Shown here piece after piece: positions 1 to 12,531 of a stretch of DNA of 40,863 bases. Origin of the DNA: Lama guanicoe (lineage: Eukaryota); the NCBI GenBank assembly GCA_013239625.1, contig MU053376.1, forward strand, positions 2,815,695-2,856,557. Direction: 5' to 3'. Below the pieces are notes generated by a model. It did not search any database. It was not told the origin of the DNA and saw only the letters and a list, made by a program, of their open reading frames with translations. Position numbers and translations under genes: made by a program. Each line of letters begins with the position of its first letter. Position 1 is the first letter of the stretch.

Positions 1-179
1 GCTTTTCTTTTCTAAAAAATCCCTTAAAAATCCCTTCATTTCCTTTTATTTTTCCCAAAAGGGGCACCTGCCCCCCCCCCAACTGAACCACTTATTAGGG
101 TGAGAGCAGTGAAACAAGCAGATGACAAGGCTTGAGCTGCTTGCCTAGGCTTGGGGCTGGGGATAGGACTGAGCTACCT

Positions 180-402
180 CAGTTGTCTTCAAGAGAGGCT
201 CTCATACCCTGCCGCCCTCCCCCACCAGAGGACATTGGGCAATGTCTGCAGACATTGTGATTGTTACAGCTGGAGGAGGGAAGAGCTACTGGTGGAGAGA
301 GGCTGAAAATGCTGCTTAACATCCTACAGTACACAGGACAGCCCCCCAAACAGAGGATTATCTGGTTCAGTGTGTCAATAGTTTTGTATTTGAGAAACCA
401 TG
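180..402 (+). mobile_element. MER20-like hAT-Charlie DNA transposon fossil
   Basis: Resembles the recalled MER20 consensus: ggacattgggcaatgtctgcagacatt...gctgcttaacatcctacagtacacaggacagcccc...gtcaatagt...tgagaaaccatg. Confidence 0.8.
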
Positions 403-609
403 GCTACATAGAACTCTGCTAAAGAGGCGACTTCTCAGAGCAAAAATCAGGGGCCACAGTTCCAGAAGGGGCCCAGTTAAAACAACAAATACCCACCATA
501 CCTTCTATCTGAAAACAAATCTTCCCCCAGACCATCCAGGTTTTCTCTTTTAAACCATCTCTCTTCTCAAACCACCAAATTTTCTGAAACAGTGGTTGAT
601 GTTAGCTTA

Positions 610-770
610 TTTAATCATTTATTCATTTACTTAATAGGTAGCTATGAAAATCATTCTTGTGTGCTAAGCAGTGTTTTAGGTTGTGGAAGAGAGCAGTGAT
701 AAATGGACACACCCTTCGTAGCTTTTATTCTAGTGAGGAGAGACAGACTATAAGCAGATTGTCAGATGGA
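610..770 (-). mobile_element. L2 3' fragment
   Basis: tcatttattcattt start, then gtgctaagcagtgttttagg...cttttattctagtgaggagagacagac, typical of an antisense L2 3' end. Confidence 0.6.
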
Positions 771-867
771 AATTAAATGAAAACAGAAGTAAAATTTTTT
801 AAAATTATATGAAGCAGAGAAAGAGGAAAGGAAGTTCTGAATGGATGTGCAATAGTAAATAGTGGCC

Positions 868-1130
868 CAGAAACAGACTCACAGATACAGAGAACAAACT
901 AGTGGTAACCGATGCGGAGAGGGAAGGGAGGGAGGGCAAAACAAGGGTAGAGATTAAGAGATACAAACTGCTGTGTCTAAAATAAATAAGCTACAAGGAT
1001 ATCCTGTAGAGCACAGGGACATAGCCACTATTTTATAATAGCTATGAACGGAGTATAACCTAAAATTTTTTTAATCACTATGTTGAACACCTGCAACTGA
1101 TATAATATTCTGTATCACTATACCTTGGTA
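868..1130 (+). mobile_element. L1 3' UTR fragment (laurasiatherian/cetartiodactyl type)
   Basis: cagaaacagactcacagatacagagaacaaactagtggtaacc...aatcactatgttgaacacctgcaactgatataatatt; similar to in-window copies at ~25335 and ~33425. Confidence 0.8.
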
Positions 1131-1461
1131 AAAAGTTTACAAAACTCTGGATCAATGTGATTCATATAAACATATCCTGACCTTCCTGTTGTTTACTGGA
1201 CATGTTCTTCTTCAACAGACCCATCAGTTCCTGAGATTTTTTTTGAGACTTTTCCACTCATGTGCTTTTCAAAAGTCCTCTTGCTGGGAGTCCAGCTTCA
1301 TTATCCACTCCTGTGTTCCCAACCTTTTCCTAGAATATTGCCATAACATTCCCGCACTTCCTGGCCCTCACTAAAATCCATTCGTCCCTTGACTACGTCA
1401 TTCTCAGTTAAAAATCCAAAAAACCGCTGACACTCTCCCTTGAGGGTACCCTCTCCCTTCC

Positions 1462-1802
1462 ATATTAGTCCCCTGTCCTGTTACTGTCATAACAAATTAC
1501 CTNNNNNNNNNNNNNNNNNNNNNNNNNNNNNNNNNNNNNNNNNNNNNNNNNNNNNNNNNNNNNNNNNNNNNNNNNNNNNNNNNNNNNNNNNNNNNNNNNN
1601 NNNNNNNNNNNNNNNNNNNNNNNNNNNNNNNNNNNNNNNNNNNNNNNNNNNNNNNNNNNNNNNNNNNNNNNNNNNNNNNNNNNNNNNNNNNNNNNNNNNN
1701 NNNNNNNCACACCTGTAAATCCCTCTTGCCACAGAAGGTAACATAATCACAGGTTCTGGGATTAGGGCAGGGACATCTTGGGGACCTTATTCTGCCTACC
1801 AC
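1462..1802 (-). mobile_element. MLT1 (ERVL-MaLR) solo LTR, interrupted by a gap
   Basis: tattagt...ataacaaattacc on the left; ggtaacataatcacaggttctgggattagg...ttattctgcctaccac on the right; both are reverse complements of MLT1 termini. Confidence 0.75.
1503..1707. other. Assembly gap (205 N)
   Basis: Run of N. Confidence 1.
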
Positions 1803-2479
1803 CCACCCCCATTTCTCTCACTTCTGAATGCTTAACCCTCTGCCCCAAACTTGTCCCTCTCCCATGTTTCTTATTTCAATAACTAGCACTACCGTTCACT
1901 TGGAATCCCAGGGCTAATTACTAATTTCCTTCTTTTTCTGGCCACTAACTTTAAGAAAGGAAATAACCAAAACCCAATGCTGAAGCAAAACTTGCTCATT
2001 GCATTTCCAATATCTTTCTTAATTGTCTACTTTATCCCTAGTCAGGGTCACCATCAAATCTCACCCCATGTTGGCAAGAGTTTCTTTGCTTGTCTCTCCA
2101 GCCACTATCGCGTTATTCCAATCTGGTCTCTATCCTACACACAGAATTATATTTTTTAAACATGCAAATCTGATTAAACCATCCTCTTTTTAAAAATCTT
2201 TTAATGGCATGGTATATCTCAATTCAACACGAAGAAATTGATTCCTCATATTCCCTGTACATGTTGCCTGCAAGTGTGTCTTCAACACAGAGAGCAGGAA
2301 TTTCATTAACTGCCCTACCCACGCGGATTCTTGCGAAGAGGGAATGTGTAGAGGTGTGTGGACGTGAAGCTCTGAACCAGGAGCTGCCCATCTTCGTTCG
2401 CAGAATACTTCAAGGAACTAAAAGCACTGCCAGATTTTTCTCCTCTAAGGTGGTCTCCAGGTGCTAGACTTGTTAGAAA

Positions 2480-2685
2480 TAATGCAAATTGGGAGTAAGC
2501 AAGGTCTCACCCACCAAGGGGAAGTTGTGGTCAAAGGGCTTTATTTCCCCTCCTATAACGCGGGGTGCACTTCCCACACCCTGGGCGCAGAGCCGGTGTT
2601 GGACATCTCTCATCTTCGCTCTGCTTTCTCCCGATCTGGACTTTTCTCCGAGATCGCGTCAGGTTATTAGAGGCGCTTGAGAAGG
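2480..2685 (+). promoter_or_regulatory. CR1 proximal promoter / 5' UTR region with octamer, ETS and RUNX motifs
   Basis: ATGCAAAT 2482-2489, GGAA 2520-2523 next to TGTGGT 2526-2531, CACTTCC ~2568; directly upstream of the ATG at 2686. Confidence 0.6.
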
Positions 2686-3010
2686 ATGGGAACTTCTTCC
2701 CAGAGGAGTCCGGGGCCTCTCCGACCGCCAGCGCCCTCTGTCTCCTGCTCCGGAGGAGCCTTTCTGGCGGTCCTAGCGCTGCTCGCGCTACCGGCGGCCT
2801 GGGGTGAGATGCTGGCGGGCGCGGGAGCCGGCGCAGCGAACGGGGCGGCCGGGGCAGCTGGGGCGGTGCAGGCACGGCCCGGCTGGCGCTCGCGCGCCTC
2901 GCAGAGTCGCTCTTGGGGGCTGAGTGTGCGAGTAGGCAGGTCGGCTCTGGGATCCCCTCTGCGCCCGGAGACCCTGATGGCGCTGGTCAGTTCCCCTCTG
3001 CGGGGACTTC
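2555..3010. promoter_or_regulatory. CpG island over exon 1 and the start of intron 1
   Basis: Dense CpG and high GC in an otherwise AT-rich, CpG-depleted window. Confidence 0.85.
2686..2803 (+). CDS. CR1: Complement receptor type 1 (CR1/CR1L-like), exon 1: signal peptide
   Basis: [39 protein letters not shown](G) aligns to the recalled human CR1 leader [41 protein letters not shown]; good Kozak context aggATGG; phase-1 donor G|gtgaga at 2804. Confidence 0.93.
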
Positions 3011-3089
3011 TGTTGTGTGTAGTGCAGAGAAGGGTGCAGACGCTCAACAGGTGCTGCACGGAATTCCTTGTCTCTGGCCACGGCAGAGT

Positions 3090-3290
3090 GTAGCACTGAT
3101 CATAGTGAAAGAAAGTCGGGTTGGAAATTCGACCAACTTGGGTTCTAATCCTAGCAATAGATTAATTGTGCGGAAAGTTACTACACTGTTTCCTCATCTG
3201 TACAAGGGGAATGCTGAGATCTCGGCCCCATGGGGCTGCTAACCTAAATGGCATAAAGCATGTCAAAGGTCTTACGCAGTGCCTGCCACT
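3090..3290 (+). mobile_element. MIR SINE
   Basis: ttgggttctaatcctagc...tttcctcatctgtacaagggga...cttacgcagtgcctgccac. Confidence 0.65.
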
Positions 3291-4375
3291 TAATTTCTAT
3301 CCCCCAATCATTACTCCAGCCCTTTGTTCACGATTGTGTTTGGACACGCAGTCCAGGGGGTGCAGTTATCCCCTGAAAACTGCCCTGCATCGGGCTATAT
3401 TCACCCTACTCACACCCCAAGCCACCACCACTAGCATGAATGTGCACTTATCAAGCATCTATATTAAGAGGATCCTAGGTGCTTGGGGATAGAAGAGGGA
3501 GCCAGGCTCTAGAACCCTCAGTGTCACTGGTTGCAGGTAGAACGGAAGTGTAGAAATGTTTACATATTGTCATATTTTAGTCAACTGTTTAGAACAAAAC
3601 AAAGCCTTTTATAGATATTATGAAAATTTCGAGGCAGCATTCTCCCTTCCTTACCGTTAACTCCGAATAGGTAAACACCTTTAATGAGGCCCCTTCTCTT
3701 CCTATTTTTGGCTTCCCTTAGAAGTCTTCTTAGTTGCTTGGACTGTTGTCAATTTCTTAGTTGAAGTGACAGTATTTATTTTTGTCCAGTCTCTTCTGGA
3801 CAACAAGTTTGCTCTTTGTTGTCACTAGACATGTTGCATTCACTATTTGATTGGGCCTTCTCTTCTAAGAGAGCAAGGAATAGGGAAAAACAAGTTTCCA
3901 CAAAAATTGTTGTTAATATTTTATCTCCTAAGACATCATAAAGGAAGCTGTCAGGTGAAGAGATGGGATAAAACCTAAAGCTTTAATTTCAGAAGAGAAG
4001 TCTGTCAAGTAAATTAAGCAATCTGTGCTTAGAATTTTTGTGGACTTTGTGAGTATACTGCCCCCTTCTCACTGGAATGTTGTTGTAGTTTGCCCATATT
4101 TATTAAGTTACTGTTAGAATACAATTGCAGACACTATTAATTGCAAAAAAATAATATTAACTAAAATTATCACAATAACTTCAAAATATGAAGCAGCCTA
4201 AATTAAACTGCCTGGTATTTACTTGCCAAAGTAATTTAGGTAAAGAAAATGCTGATGGAATGCTGACAGTGTGCACAGCACTGTGGAATTTGAAAGAAAT
4301 GCAAGAGAGGGCTATGCCTGCAAGATATATGTGTAGAGAAGTACGGTGATAGGGTTTTATGAAATCTCCTTAATT

Positions 4376-4562
4376 AGGAGGCCAGGGTTCTGGTTTTCCA
4401 GCTTCTGCTACCTACTAGCTGGGAGCCTTGGACCCAGCAAGTCAATTAACATCCCTGCGTGATTCCCAGAGTCCACTTGTATAAAATGAACATAATCGAT
4501 ACTCTGCTATCTGAGAGGGTTATTGTGAAAATCAGATGAGGGAATGTATGTGACGGTGTGCA
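4376..4562 (+). mobile_element. MIR SINE
   Basis: ctgctacctactagctgggagccttgg...tgtataaaatga...agggttattgtgaaaatcagatgag. Confidence 0.65.
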
Positions 4563-5384
4563 TTAACCTCAGAATCCCCATGGGGATCTCCAAAACCACG
4601 ACTAGAAAGTCACACAGGACCCTGAAGGCCACAAAGTGGCTGAAAAGGGAGACGTCTCAGATCCAATGATAGGAAAAGGCTGAGTGGAAGGAGCATGGCT
4701 TCAACAGCACTTGAGGAGTGAGCCCCTCAAAAAAGATTGTACAGGATGATTCACAGCGATATTCACTTTACATAAAAGTCAGCACACTGATTAAGCATTA
4801 CTAGGACCCGTGTTTATTTTAACATAGGCAGACTGTGGTGCCCTCACTTGGTCGGATCAGATCTCTCTGTGACTTGAGTGTGTAAAGATGTAAGGTAGAA
4901 AAGAGGGGTGTTTCAGTTGGTTTTCGGTAATTTGTGACCTACTTTAGTTTACATATGCTCAAGATGAATAGATTTGTGGTTTGTATTACCTAGTTTTAAA
5001 TATGACCTTAACAGTTGGACAAGTAACTTCAAAATTTCCCTTCATGTAAACACTGAATGAAGATAATTCTAAGGCCAACTCAAGCAAAGAATCGAATGGC
5101 ATAGCTGACAGTCCCCTCCACACATATAGACATTAAGAGGGAGAAACACGGTCAGTTTAATCACAACTGATCAAGAACTGAAAAAACAAAAAATCTACAA
5201 AGCATCAAGAAGACTAGTTGAAAGATAGCTTTATATCCACTATTATTAACAGAGAAGCTCATTGCGACTCTATTTTGTCCATTTAGATGTTAGTTCTGAC
5301 ATCTTAAGTCATATTAAGTCACCGTGAGTAGCAAAGCATTTAAAACGTTTTTTATCTGTATCATATTTCTTAAAATTTCTATTT

Positions 5385-5880
5385 ACATATATTAGCATAT
5401 CATTATATACATTATATAGCATATATATAGCACATATATTATACATATTATATAAATATTAAATACTATAACAGAACATATAAATTATATTGTTATAATA
5501 ATAATTTTTATACACATAAATTATGCTACATTTATATTATATGACATACATAATATTATGTTGTACTGATATTTTTGTTGTATAATATAGCATATACAAT
5601 TACATTAAATATTACAAATATATAATTATATAGCTTTATTAAATTATATAATATACTAAAATTTAATATCTAATAGTAAATTATAATTTGTATACATAGT
5701 TCATATGTAATATATAATATTCTTTATAATAAATGATACATGTATTAAATAATATGCTATGTTATATACCAAAGCATATAATACATATTATATTATATAC
5801 AATGCACCAAATATATATCATTATATATAATATATATTTAAGTATGTTTAAATATTTAAATATAAAATATATAAAAGTTG
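5385..5880. repeat. Degenerate (TA)n / AT-rich low-complexity tract
   Basis: About 500 bp composed almost entirely of tata/atat/taat motifs. Confidence 0.9.
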
Positions 5881-6139
5881 AAAGTACATGCTCTTTTTTT
5901 CTTTAACTGATAGAGTTACTTAAGGAAAGCATTTGCAGGACCCTTCAATAAAGAACAGAATGAGCAGAATGGAAGGCAGAGCCTACTCCAGGTGGATAGC
6001 TCATGTATGAAGCAATGCAAGTAATAATGAGCAGACTGTGCTTATAGCATAGAATACATCAATTCTTGCCTTGAATGGAAGATTCGAATCAGAAATATTT
6101 TAAGATGGACTGTGTTATTCAGGACAAAAATAACAGAGA

Positions 6140-6870
6140 TGACAATACACACCTGGTAGAATGGCTAAAATTTTAAAAGCTGACCATGCCAAGTATTGGC
6201 TATAAGGTGAAGTAACTGGAATAATCATACATTGCTCATTGGTAAAATGATACAACCAATTTGGAAACAGTTCGGCAATTTCTTAAAAAGTTAAATGCAC
6301 ATGTGCCATATGACTAGGCATTTTACCCTTAAGTATTTACTCGAGAAAAATGAAAGCTTGTGTCCACACAAAGACTTGTACATGAATTTTTATAGCAGCT
6401 TTATTTGTAATAGCCAACAACTGGAAACCATTCAAATGTCCTTGAACAACTGAATGAGTAAACTAAATTAAAATGTATTTTTATAACTGAATGTTACTCA
6501 GCAAAAACAAAATACAGAAAACAAATTTTTATATGCAACGATCTGGATCATTCTCAAAATAATTATGCTGTGTGAAAGCTAGACAAAAATAACAAGTACA
6601 AACTGAGTGATTTAGTTTATATGAAATTCCAGAAGTCAGATCAATCTGTGTAAGAGGAAGCAGGTTGGAGGTTGCCTAGAAAAGGAGGTAGAGAGGTAGA
6701 TGGATTACAAAGAAACATTAGAAAACTTGTAGGGAGTGTGATGGAAATGTTTGTCATCTTGATTGTGGTGATGGTTTCATGGTGCATGTGTCAAAAGTCA
6801 TCAAATTGTATACTTTAAATATTTTCAGTTATTGTATGTAATGTATCTTAATAAAGCTAAACCAAAAGAT
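6140..6870 (+). mobile_element. Old L1M (MB/MC-type) 3' end
   Basis: acacacctggtagaatggctaaaatt...cacacaaagacttgtacatgaatttttatagcagctttatttgtaatagcc...atcttgattgtggtgatggtttcatgg...aataaagct. Confidence 0.8.
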
Positions 6871-7534
6871 TTTTTGATAAGTTATGGTAGATCTTGAGTT
6901 TATAGAGTTCGTATTAATATATTTATCATAGGAATGGGCCATAATTTGAGGGATTTGTATTGAAGGAGGAAAAGAAAACTAGATCAAGCTTTCTCTGGTG
7001 AAGGCTCATGTGTTCCTTTTTATTTGGACTATTTTTCAAATTCGCATTTTTATTATTACATATATCATAGCCAGGACTCAGGAAAGAATTTTAGGTAATT
7101 AAAGGAAAGGAATGCCATTCCAAGAATAGTTCATCCCATTTGCTTTGTTGTTTTAGATCTCTGTCTTCTCCTTGTGAACTTCGTTGTGACATTCAGCCTC
7201 TCCTGGTAAAACTCTTGGCAACAGAAGCTCCACTTGGAACCTCTTACCTTGTCCAGTATCACTAAATAAGACAAATATCAAAATGACATTCATCCCACAC
7301 ATCACCTAGAAAAGATGAAGGCATAACATTTGAAATCACATCACAGGAGTTTTTTTGTTTTTGTTTGTTTTTTTAACTTTTTTTGTCTGTTTGTCGCAGT
7401 GTTTCCCTAAGTGCTAATATTTATCAAAATCACAAAATACAGTTTTCTGGGCTGTAACTCAGACCCACTGAATCAGCTTTTGGGGATATAGCCTTGACTC
7501 TTGATTTTTTTTAAAGTTTTATAGGTAATTCATC

Positions 7535-8040
7535 TTTCATCTATTCATTGCAACAAATATGCACTGAGTACTTACATTCGAGTGCTAAGCACCTGGACTA
7601 GGTATTAGTTTAAAGGTCCAAAAATCACTGGGTTTCTTGCCCTCAGATTATGCATGTCTAATATCTATTGAGAGAAATAGATATATCTTTTAAAGCACAT
7701 AAATATAATAAGCACAACTTGTAATAAGTGATTTAAAAGGAAAAGTAAATGGTCTGACTATAAATTATTATGGGGTGGGGTAGAGGGAAGTAGTTCAGAT
7801 TTGAAATCCCTGGGAAGCTCAGGGAAGGCTTCAATGAGGAAGCAACATTTTAGCAGAGGTTTGGAAGAACAGTGGAAGTTAGAATGAAGATGAAAGTATA
7901 TCACATGGAAGGAATATTATAGACAGAAGAAAGAACATATAGCTTAAACCCAAAGAAGGGGGACAAAAGGATTTCAGCTCAATCAGAGGACACAGTGGTA
8001 CAAGATGAGGCAAGAAACATAGACAAGGGTACTCTCGCTT
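7535..8040 (-). mobile_element. L2 fragment
   Basis: ttcatctattcattgcaacaaatatgcactgagtacttac...cagggaaggcttcaatgaggaagcaacatttt. Confidence 0.6.
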
Positions 8041-8527
8041 AACAACTGCTGGTTTAATAATGAGAATGTGTAGCGATAGATGGAAGGCTGTCTAATATTA
8101 GAGAAAAGTAAGTAAGAAATATGAGCTTTCTTTGATCACCATCCTTTGCTTAAGTAAATTACATAGATTAAATTTCTTGATTCTGATTAAAACCAATAAA
8201 CAGGAAAAAGGCAACTTAGCAGCTATGCAGGCCAAATGACTAGATGGATCCACTTTCTTAAGGAATTCTCCTATCTGTCAGTGATCCAGTGGGAACCATG
8301 CTCATGGGCTGCAGAGATCAAATCCCAGGTTGAATCTGGGACACACTCATCCAGAACTTCTGAGATCACTGGTCACTGAGGTCTTCCAGGGCTTTCCTGA
8401 AAAGTAGGTTTATTTCAAACTAGCTCTCTACACTTAGGTAGAAAATAAACTCTTGGAAGCAAAGTGAGCATGCCTACATTTGCAGAACATCCAAATCTAC
8501 CTGTTAGCATTTTCCTTTTTCTGGGGA

Positions 8528-8767
8528 TAATAACTGTAACTACAATTAATCAAGTGCCATCTATGTGTAAGATGCTACTAAGTGTTTTGCATCTTTGACC
8601 CTTCCAGCAAACTTATTAGGTAAATATTATCATTGGCTTTTTGAAGATGAAACTGAAGCTCAGAGAAATTTAAGCAGCTCATCTAAGACCTCACAGCTAG
8701 TAAGTAGAAGACATCAGATTCAAGGCCAGGTCTCTACGAATCCAAAGTTTTTAACATCATATGCCAT
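8528..8767 (-). mobile_element. MIR SINE
   Basis: gatgaaactgaagctcagagaaatttaagcagctcatctaagacctcacagctagtaagt...gattcaaggccagg. Confidence 0.75.
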
Positions 8768-8774
8768 TATTTTT

Positions 8775-9257
8775 TGTATTAGTTTCTTATTGCTGCTGTA
8801 ACAAGTTACCACAAACTTAAGGACTTAAAACAATAGACATTTATTCTCTTCTGGTTCTGGAGATCTAAATCTAAAGTGGATCCTTAGGGCTGTGTTCCTT
8901 CTGGATGTTCCTTCTGGATGCTCTGGGAAGTAAGTATAGGTTTCTTTGCACTTTCTATCTTCTAGAGGCTGCCTACATCCTTTGGCTCATGGCCCCTTTC
9001 CTCTACTTTCAAAGCCAGCAGTGTAGCATTTTCAAAACTCTTGCTTCTTCTGCCTCCTTTGATCCTTTGTTTCCTTCATATAAGGACCTTTGTGATTGAA
9101 TTTAGGGCCCACCCAAATAATCTAGGATTATCTTCCTATCTCAAGATTTTTCACTTAATTACATCTGCCAAGCCCTGTGATCTCATTGGGTAATGTTCAC
9201 AATTTCCAGGGATCAGGGCATGGATGTTTTTGGGAGCTCACTATTCAGCCTACTACA
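8775..9257 (-). mobile_element. MLT1 (ERVL-MaLR) solo LTR
   Basis: Termini tgtattagtttcttattgctgctgtaacaagttaccacaaactt ... attcagcctactaca. Confidence 0.85.
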
Positions 9258-9379
9258 CATTTCCGCACAGATTTTCAAAACCTTAGCTGAGTCTGTTGAG
9301 GGAGCCCATTAACATTAGGTGCAGGTTAGTAGCACATGGTTACAGTCCAAGACATAGTCTGCAGTGTGTATATTGACCA

Positions 9380-11300
9380 TGACTTGTGATAGTTTAAAAT
9401 ATGTGTAGAATTTAAATACATGATAATGGTAGTACAAAAGACAGGAGGGAACTAAATGGAGTTAGCATCTTCTACAGTTCATGAATTGTTGGGGAAATTA
9501 TAATTGCTACTTACATGTTAATATGTTAAGGATGCATATTAATAATTAAGGATGTTCTTTAAAGGAATGTGTCACTAATCATGTAATAAAAAGAAACAGA
9601 AGTAAAATAATAAACATAACTGATAATCAAAAAGAAGGCAAAAGAAGAGAATAAAGACCATAGACAACACAGGACAAATGAAAAAACAAATAGATGGTAG
9701 ATCGAATCCAAAATACATCAACAATTATATTAAATATAAACAGACATTTCCACTTTAAAGACGAAGGTTGTCATACTGCTGCATTTCCCACACTGTGGGC
9801 TGAGGTGCCCTAGGGGTGTTTATGAATTTGCAGGGGACCTGTGAGTTACACAGCAATACTTGAATTCTCTCACATATTGTGAAAATGGCTCAAATTAGCT
9901 CAGTTCCATTAGATTCCCAGGGTTCCACTTGGTCGACATCAAATCTTTGCAAAGCTGGGTTTTCAGCTATGATCATAATAAAGAGAAAATACCAAATGAA
10001 AATTAATGTGGAATAGGAAATTAAGTGGTGGTTTATGATCTGATTCCAAGCTTTGAGAAGTTGAGCAGTGTTCAACATTCCATATTAAGAATTATGGTGG
10101 GCACAAGACTTATTAAGTTGTTTGGGCCTAATTATTTAATAAATAGAAATGCTAAGTATTTCTTTTTTGACTAGGAATGACATGAAAAAATTACTGAGAC
10201 CATAAGAGCCCTGTGAACTAAGTTTGGGAACCTCTGTCACAATTAATTAAAAATTAAAACTAAACGTTCTATACAAAACAAACAACGTACATGTTCAGAG
10301 ACAGAATGGATGAATATAAAAGGATGAAAAACATACTATACAGAACCAAAAGAAAGCTGACTTGGCAAATGTGGCATTATGAGGATCTTTGTCATTAAAT
10401 TATCACTGTGTATTTATATTTATAATAATTACAGATGTATTGAGGGTTAAATTGACAAACTTATTATTTGTTTCTTATATGCCTTACAAATAAAGCAGGC
10501 AAAACAGAATGTGAGGCAAAGGCAGACTAGAGATAGAGAGATTTTCTAGTGATAAAAGGGTCTATCTACCAGAAAATATGATTTAAAAAATAAAGGTACA
10601 TTACTAAACTTAAATAAAAATGTTAAAAAAAGTATATGCACAAAGTGAAAAATAGACAGAGTTAGAAATAAGACAAATGTACAATAGGTGGAACATTTTA
10701 ACACAACTCCTTTAGTATCTGGTAGAATAAGACCCCCACAAATCAGTAAGTATTAGAAGATTTAAATAAATATGAGTAACAGGTTGGGCCTTACTAACAT
10801 ACCCAGAGCACTGCACCCACTACCACAGAAACACAGTTTTTACAATCACATATGATAAAATTGCCTCAGTTGGTCATATGCTGAGCCATAAACTCAGTCA
10901 ATTTCAAAACTTGAAAATAAATATATAATTTTTTAACTGCCTCAAATGTTTATAAATTATGTAAAGCATTTCTAAATAAACCATGGGTCAATGATGAAAC
11001 AATGGCTTTGGTTTAAAAATTTATCAAATATTTTGAACTCAGAAAAATGAAAATATAACATGTGAAAACTTGTGGAATACAGCTAAATAACTATATTTAG
11101 AATAAAAATAATCGTCTGAATGCTTATTTAGAAACTAGAAAATCTAAAAACAAAAAAGGTCTAAGCAATCATCTCAAAAAATTATTTTTTAAAAAAGAAC
11201 AGCATATAAAGTAAAGAAAATCTCAGTAAAGATAAAATAAAAATGAGTAAATCAATAAAGCCGAAAGTTGATTCTTTGATGACTAATAAAATTGACCAGC
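9380..11300 (+). mobile_element. Decayed old L1M body, interrupted by a hAT element
   Basis: A-rich strand bias with L1 ORF2-like remnants (agagcactgcacccactaccacagaaacaca; aaaacttgtggaatacagctaaa; caataaagccgaaagttgattctttga). Confidence 0.6.
9779..10236. mobile_element. hAT-Charlie-type DNA transposon fossil
   Basis: Imperfect terminal inverted repeats ctgcatttcccacact ... agtttgggaacctctg. Confidence 0.55.
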
Positions 11301-11751
11301 ATATCCATTATTTGAATTAATTAGTAGAGAGTGTGCCAATAGGGGAACATGGGATTTAAAAAACAAAACAAAACAATAAAGAGATTTCCAGAACTAAAAT
11401 AAAATGATATTTTTTTCAGCAGATATTTCTTTGTGATTTCATATTGTCTGACTCTAAATGGCATTTTCATTACTTTAACTTAACAACTGGGAGGGCTTAA
11501 GGGGAAGTAGCTGAAGCTAGTATTTAAAATATGTGCTTAACAATATCCTTTCATATAGTATAGTCTTAGTTATTGAACTTTGTCTACAAAGCATGTGCTC
11601 AAATTTCCTTGTGCTGAATAATATAACTGACTTGGGAACAGACTTTCAGCAGTGGTGACAGCTGTATCTGTGAAGCTTATTGGAGGAGAAAGAGAAAGTA
11701 GAGTTGAGGTTTCTCCACTAACTTTAATGTCACTGTGGTCTTGCTCTCGAG

Positions 11752-11940
11752 GTCAATGCAAAGCCCCGGTGCATCCTCCATTTGCCATGCCTACAGAACA
11801 GATTGACAAGGATGAGTTTCCCATCGGGACATCTGTGAATTTTAAATGCCTCCCTGGTTACCATAGCTACTTCAAGAGAGTGCTCTCTATCATTTGCCAA
11901 GGAAACTCTGTCTGGTCAAGACCTAAACACAGCTGTAATC
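11752..11940 (+). CDS. CR1: CR1-like exon 2: CCP/sushi module 1
   Basis: (G)QCKAPVHPPFAMPTEQIDKDEFPIGTSVNFKCLPGYHSYFKRVLSIICQGNSVWSRPKHSCN(R); 4 Cys plus Trp, FPIGT motif of CR1 CCP1/8; branch point ctaac ~11718, acceptor ctcgag|, donor C|gtaagt. Confidence 0.93.
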
Positions 11941-12380
11941 GTAAGTAACTCTAGATTGAGGACTCATCTGTGTCAGTCAAAAATCCATAAATCTGATCAA
12001 TGTTCAAATTTTGGAACAGAGACATGTCTTGATAAGTTCGCCTAGGCTATAATAGATGTGGAAGTTCTTCTTGTTGGTCATTTCTTCCTACTGCCTTGAG
12101 TTACTGGCATGTTCATTACAAGTTCATTTCACAAGAAATGACCACCACAAGGCAGGACTGAAGGAACATCTCTATTCACTAGAGATGTCCTATTTTCACG
12201 AATGTGTCAGGAAAGGAAAGTGTAGGCGGGGAAATAATCCCAGACTTTAAGATTTTTAACTTGTACTGGTTGAATGACAGCGTAAACACTTGTTAATAAA
12301 TGAAGTTTTACATTTTTCAGAGAGGCGCAATATAGGAATGAGAAAGATCGGTAGGAGGTCTTTTTGAAAGTGGTGCTTAG

Positions 12381-12531
12381 TCATAATGGGAAAGAATATA
12401 CATGTATTGTAATAAACATATGTATGTATATGTATAAATGAATCACTTTGTTGTATACCTGAAACTAACATTTTAAATCAAGTACACCTAAAAAAAAAAG
12501 AATAAAAATAAATAAATAAAATTAAAAAAAC
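12381..12531 (+). mobile_element. 5'-truncated L1 3' end with A-rich tail and 15-bp target-site duplication (TSD)
   Basis: gaatcactttgttgtatacctgaaactaac plus A tail; flanks gaaagtggtgcttag (12366-12380) and gaaagcggtgcttag (12532-12546). Confidence 0.85.

Noticed and set aside
2531..3242. Several overlapping 80-140 aa ORFs on both strands
   Set aside because: Artefact of the GC-rich CpG island; only 2686-2803 matches a known protein
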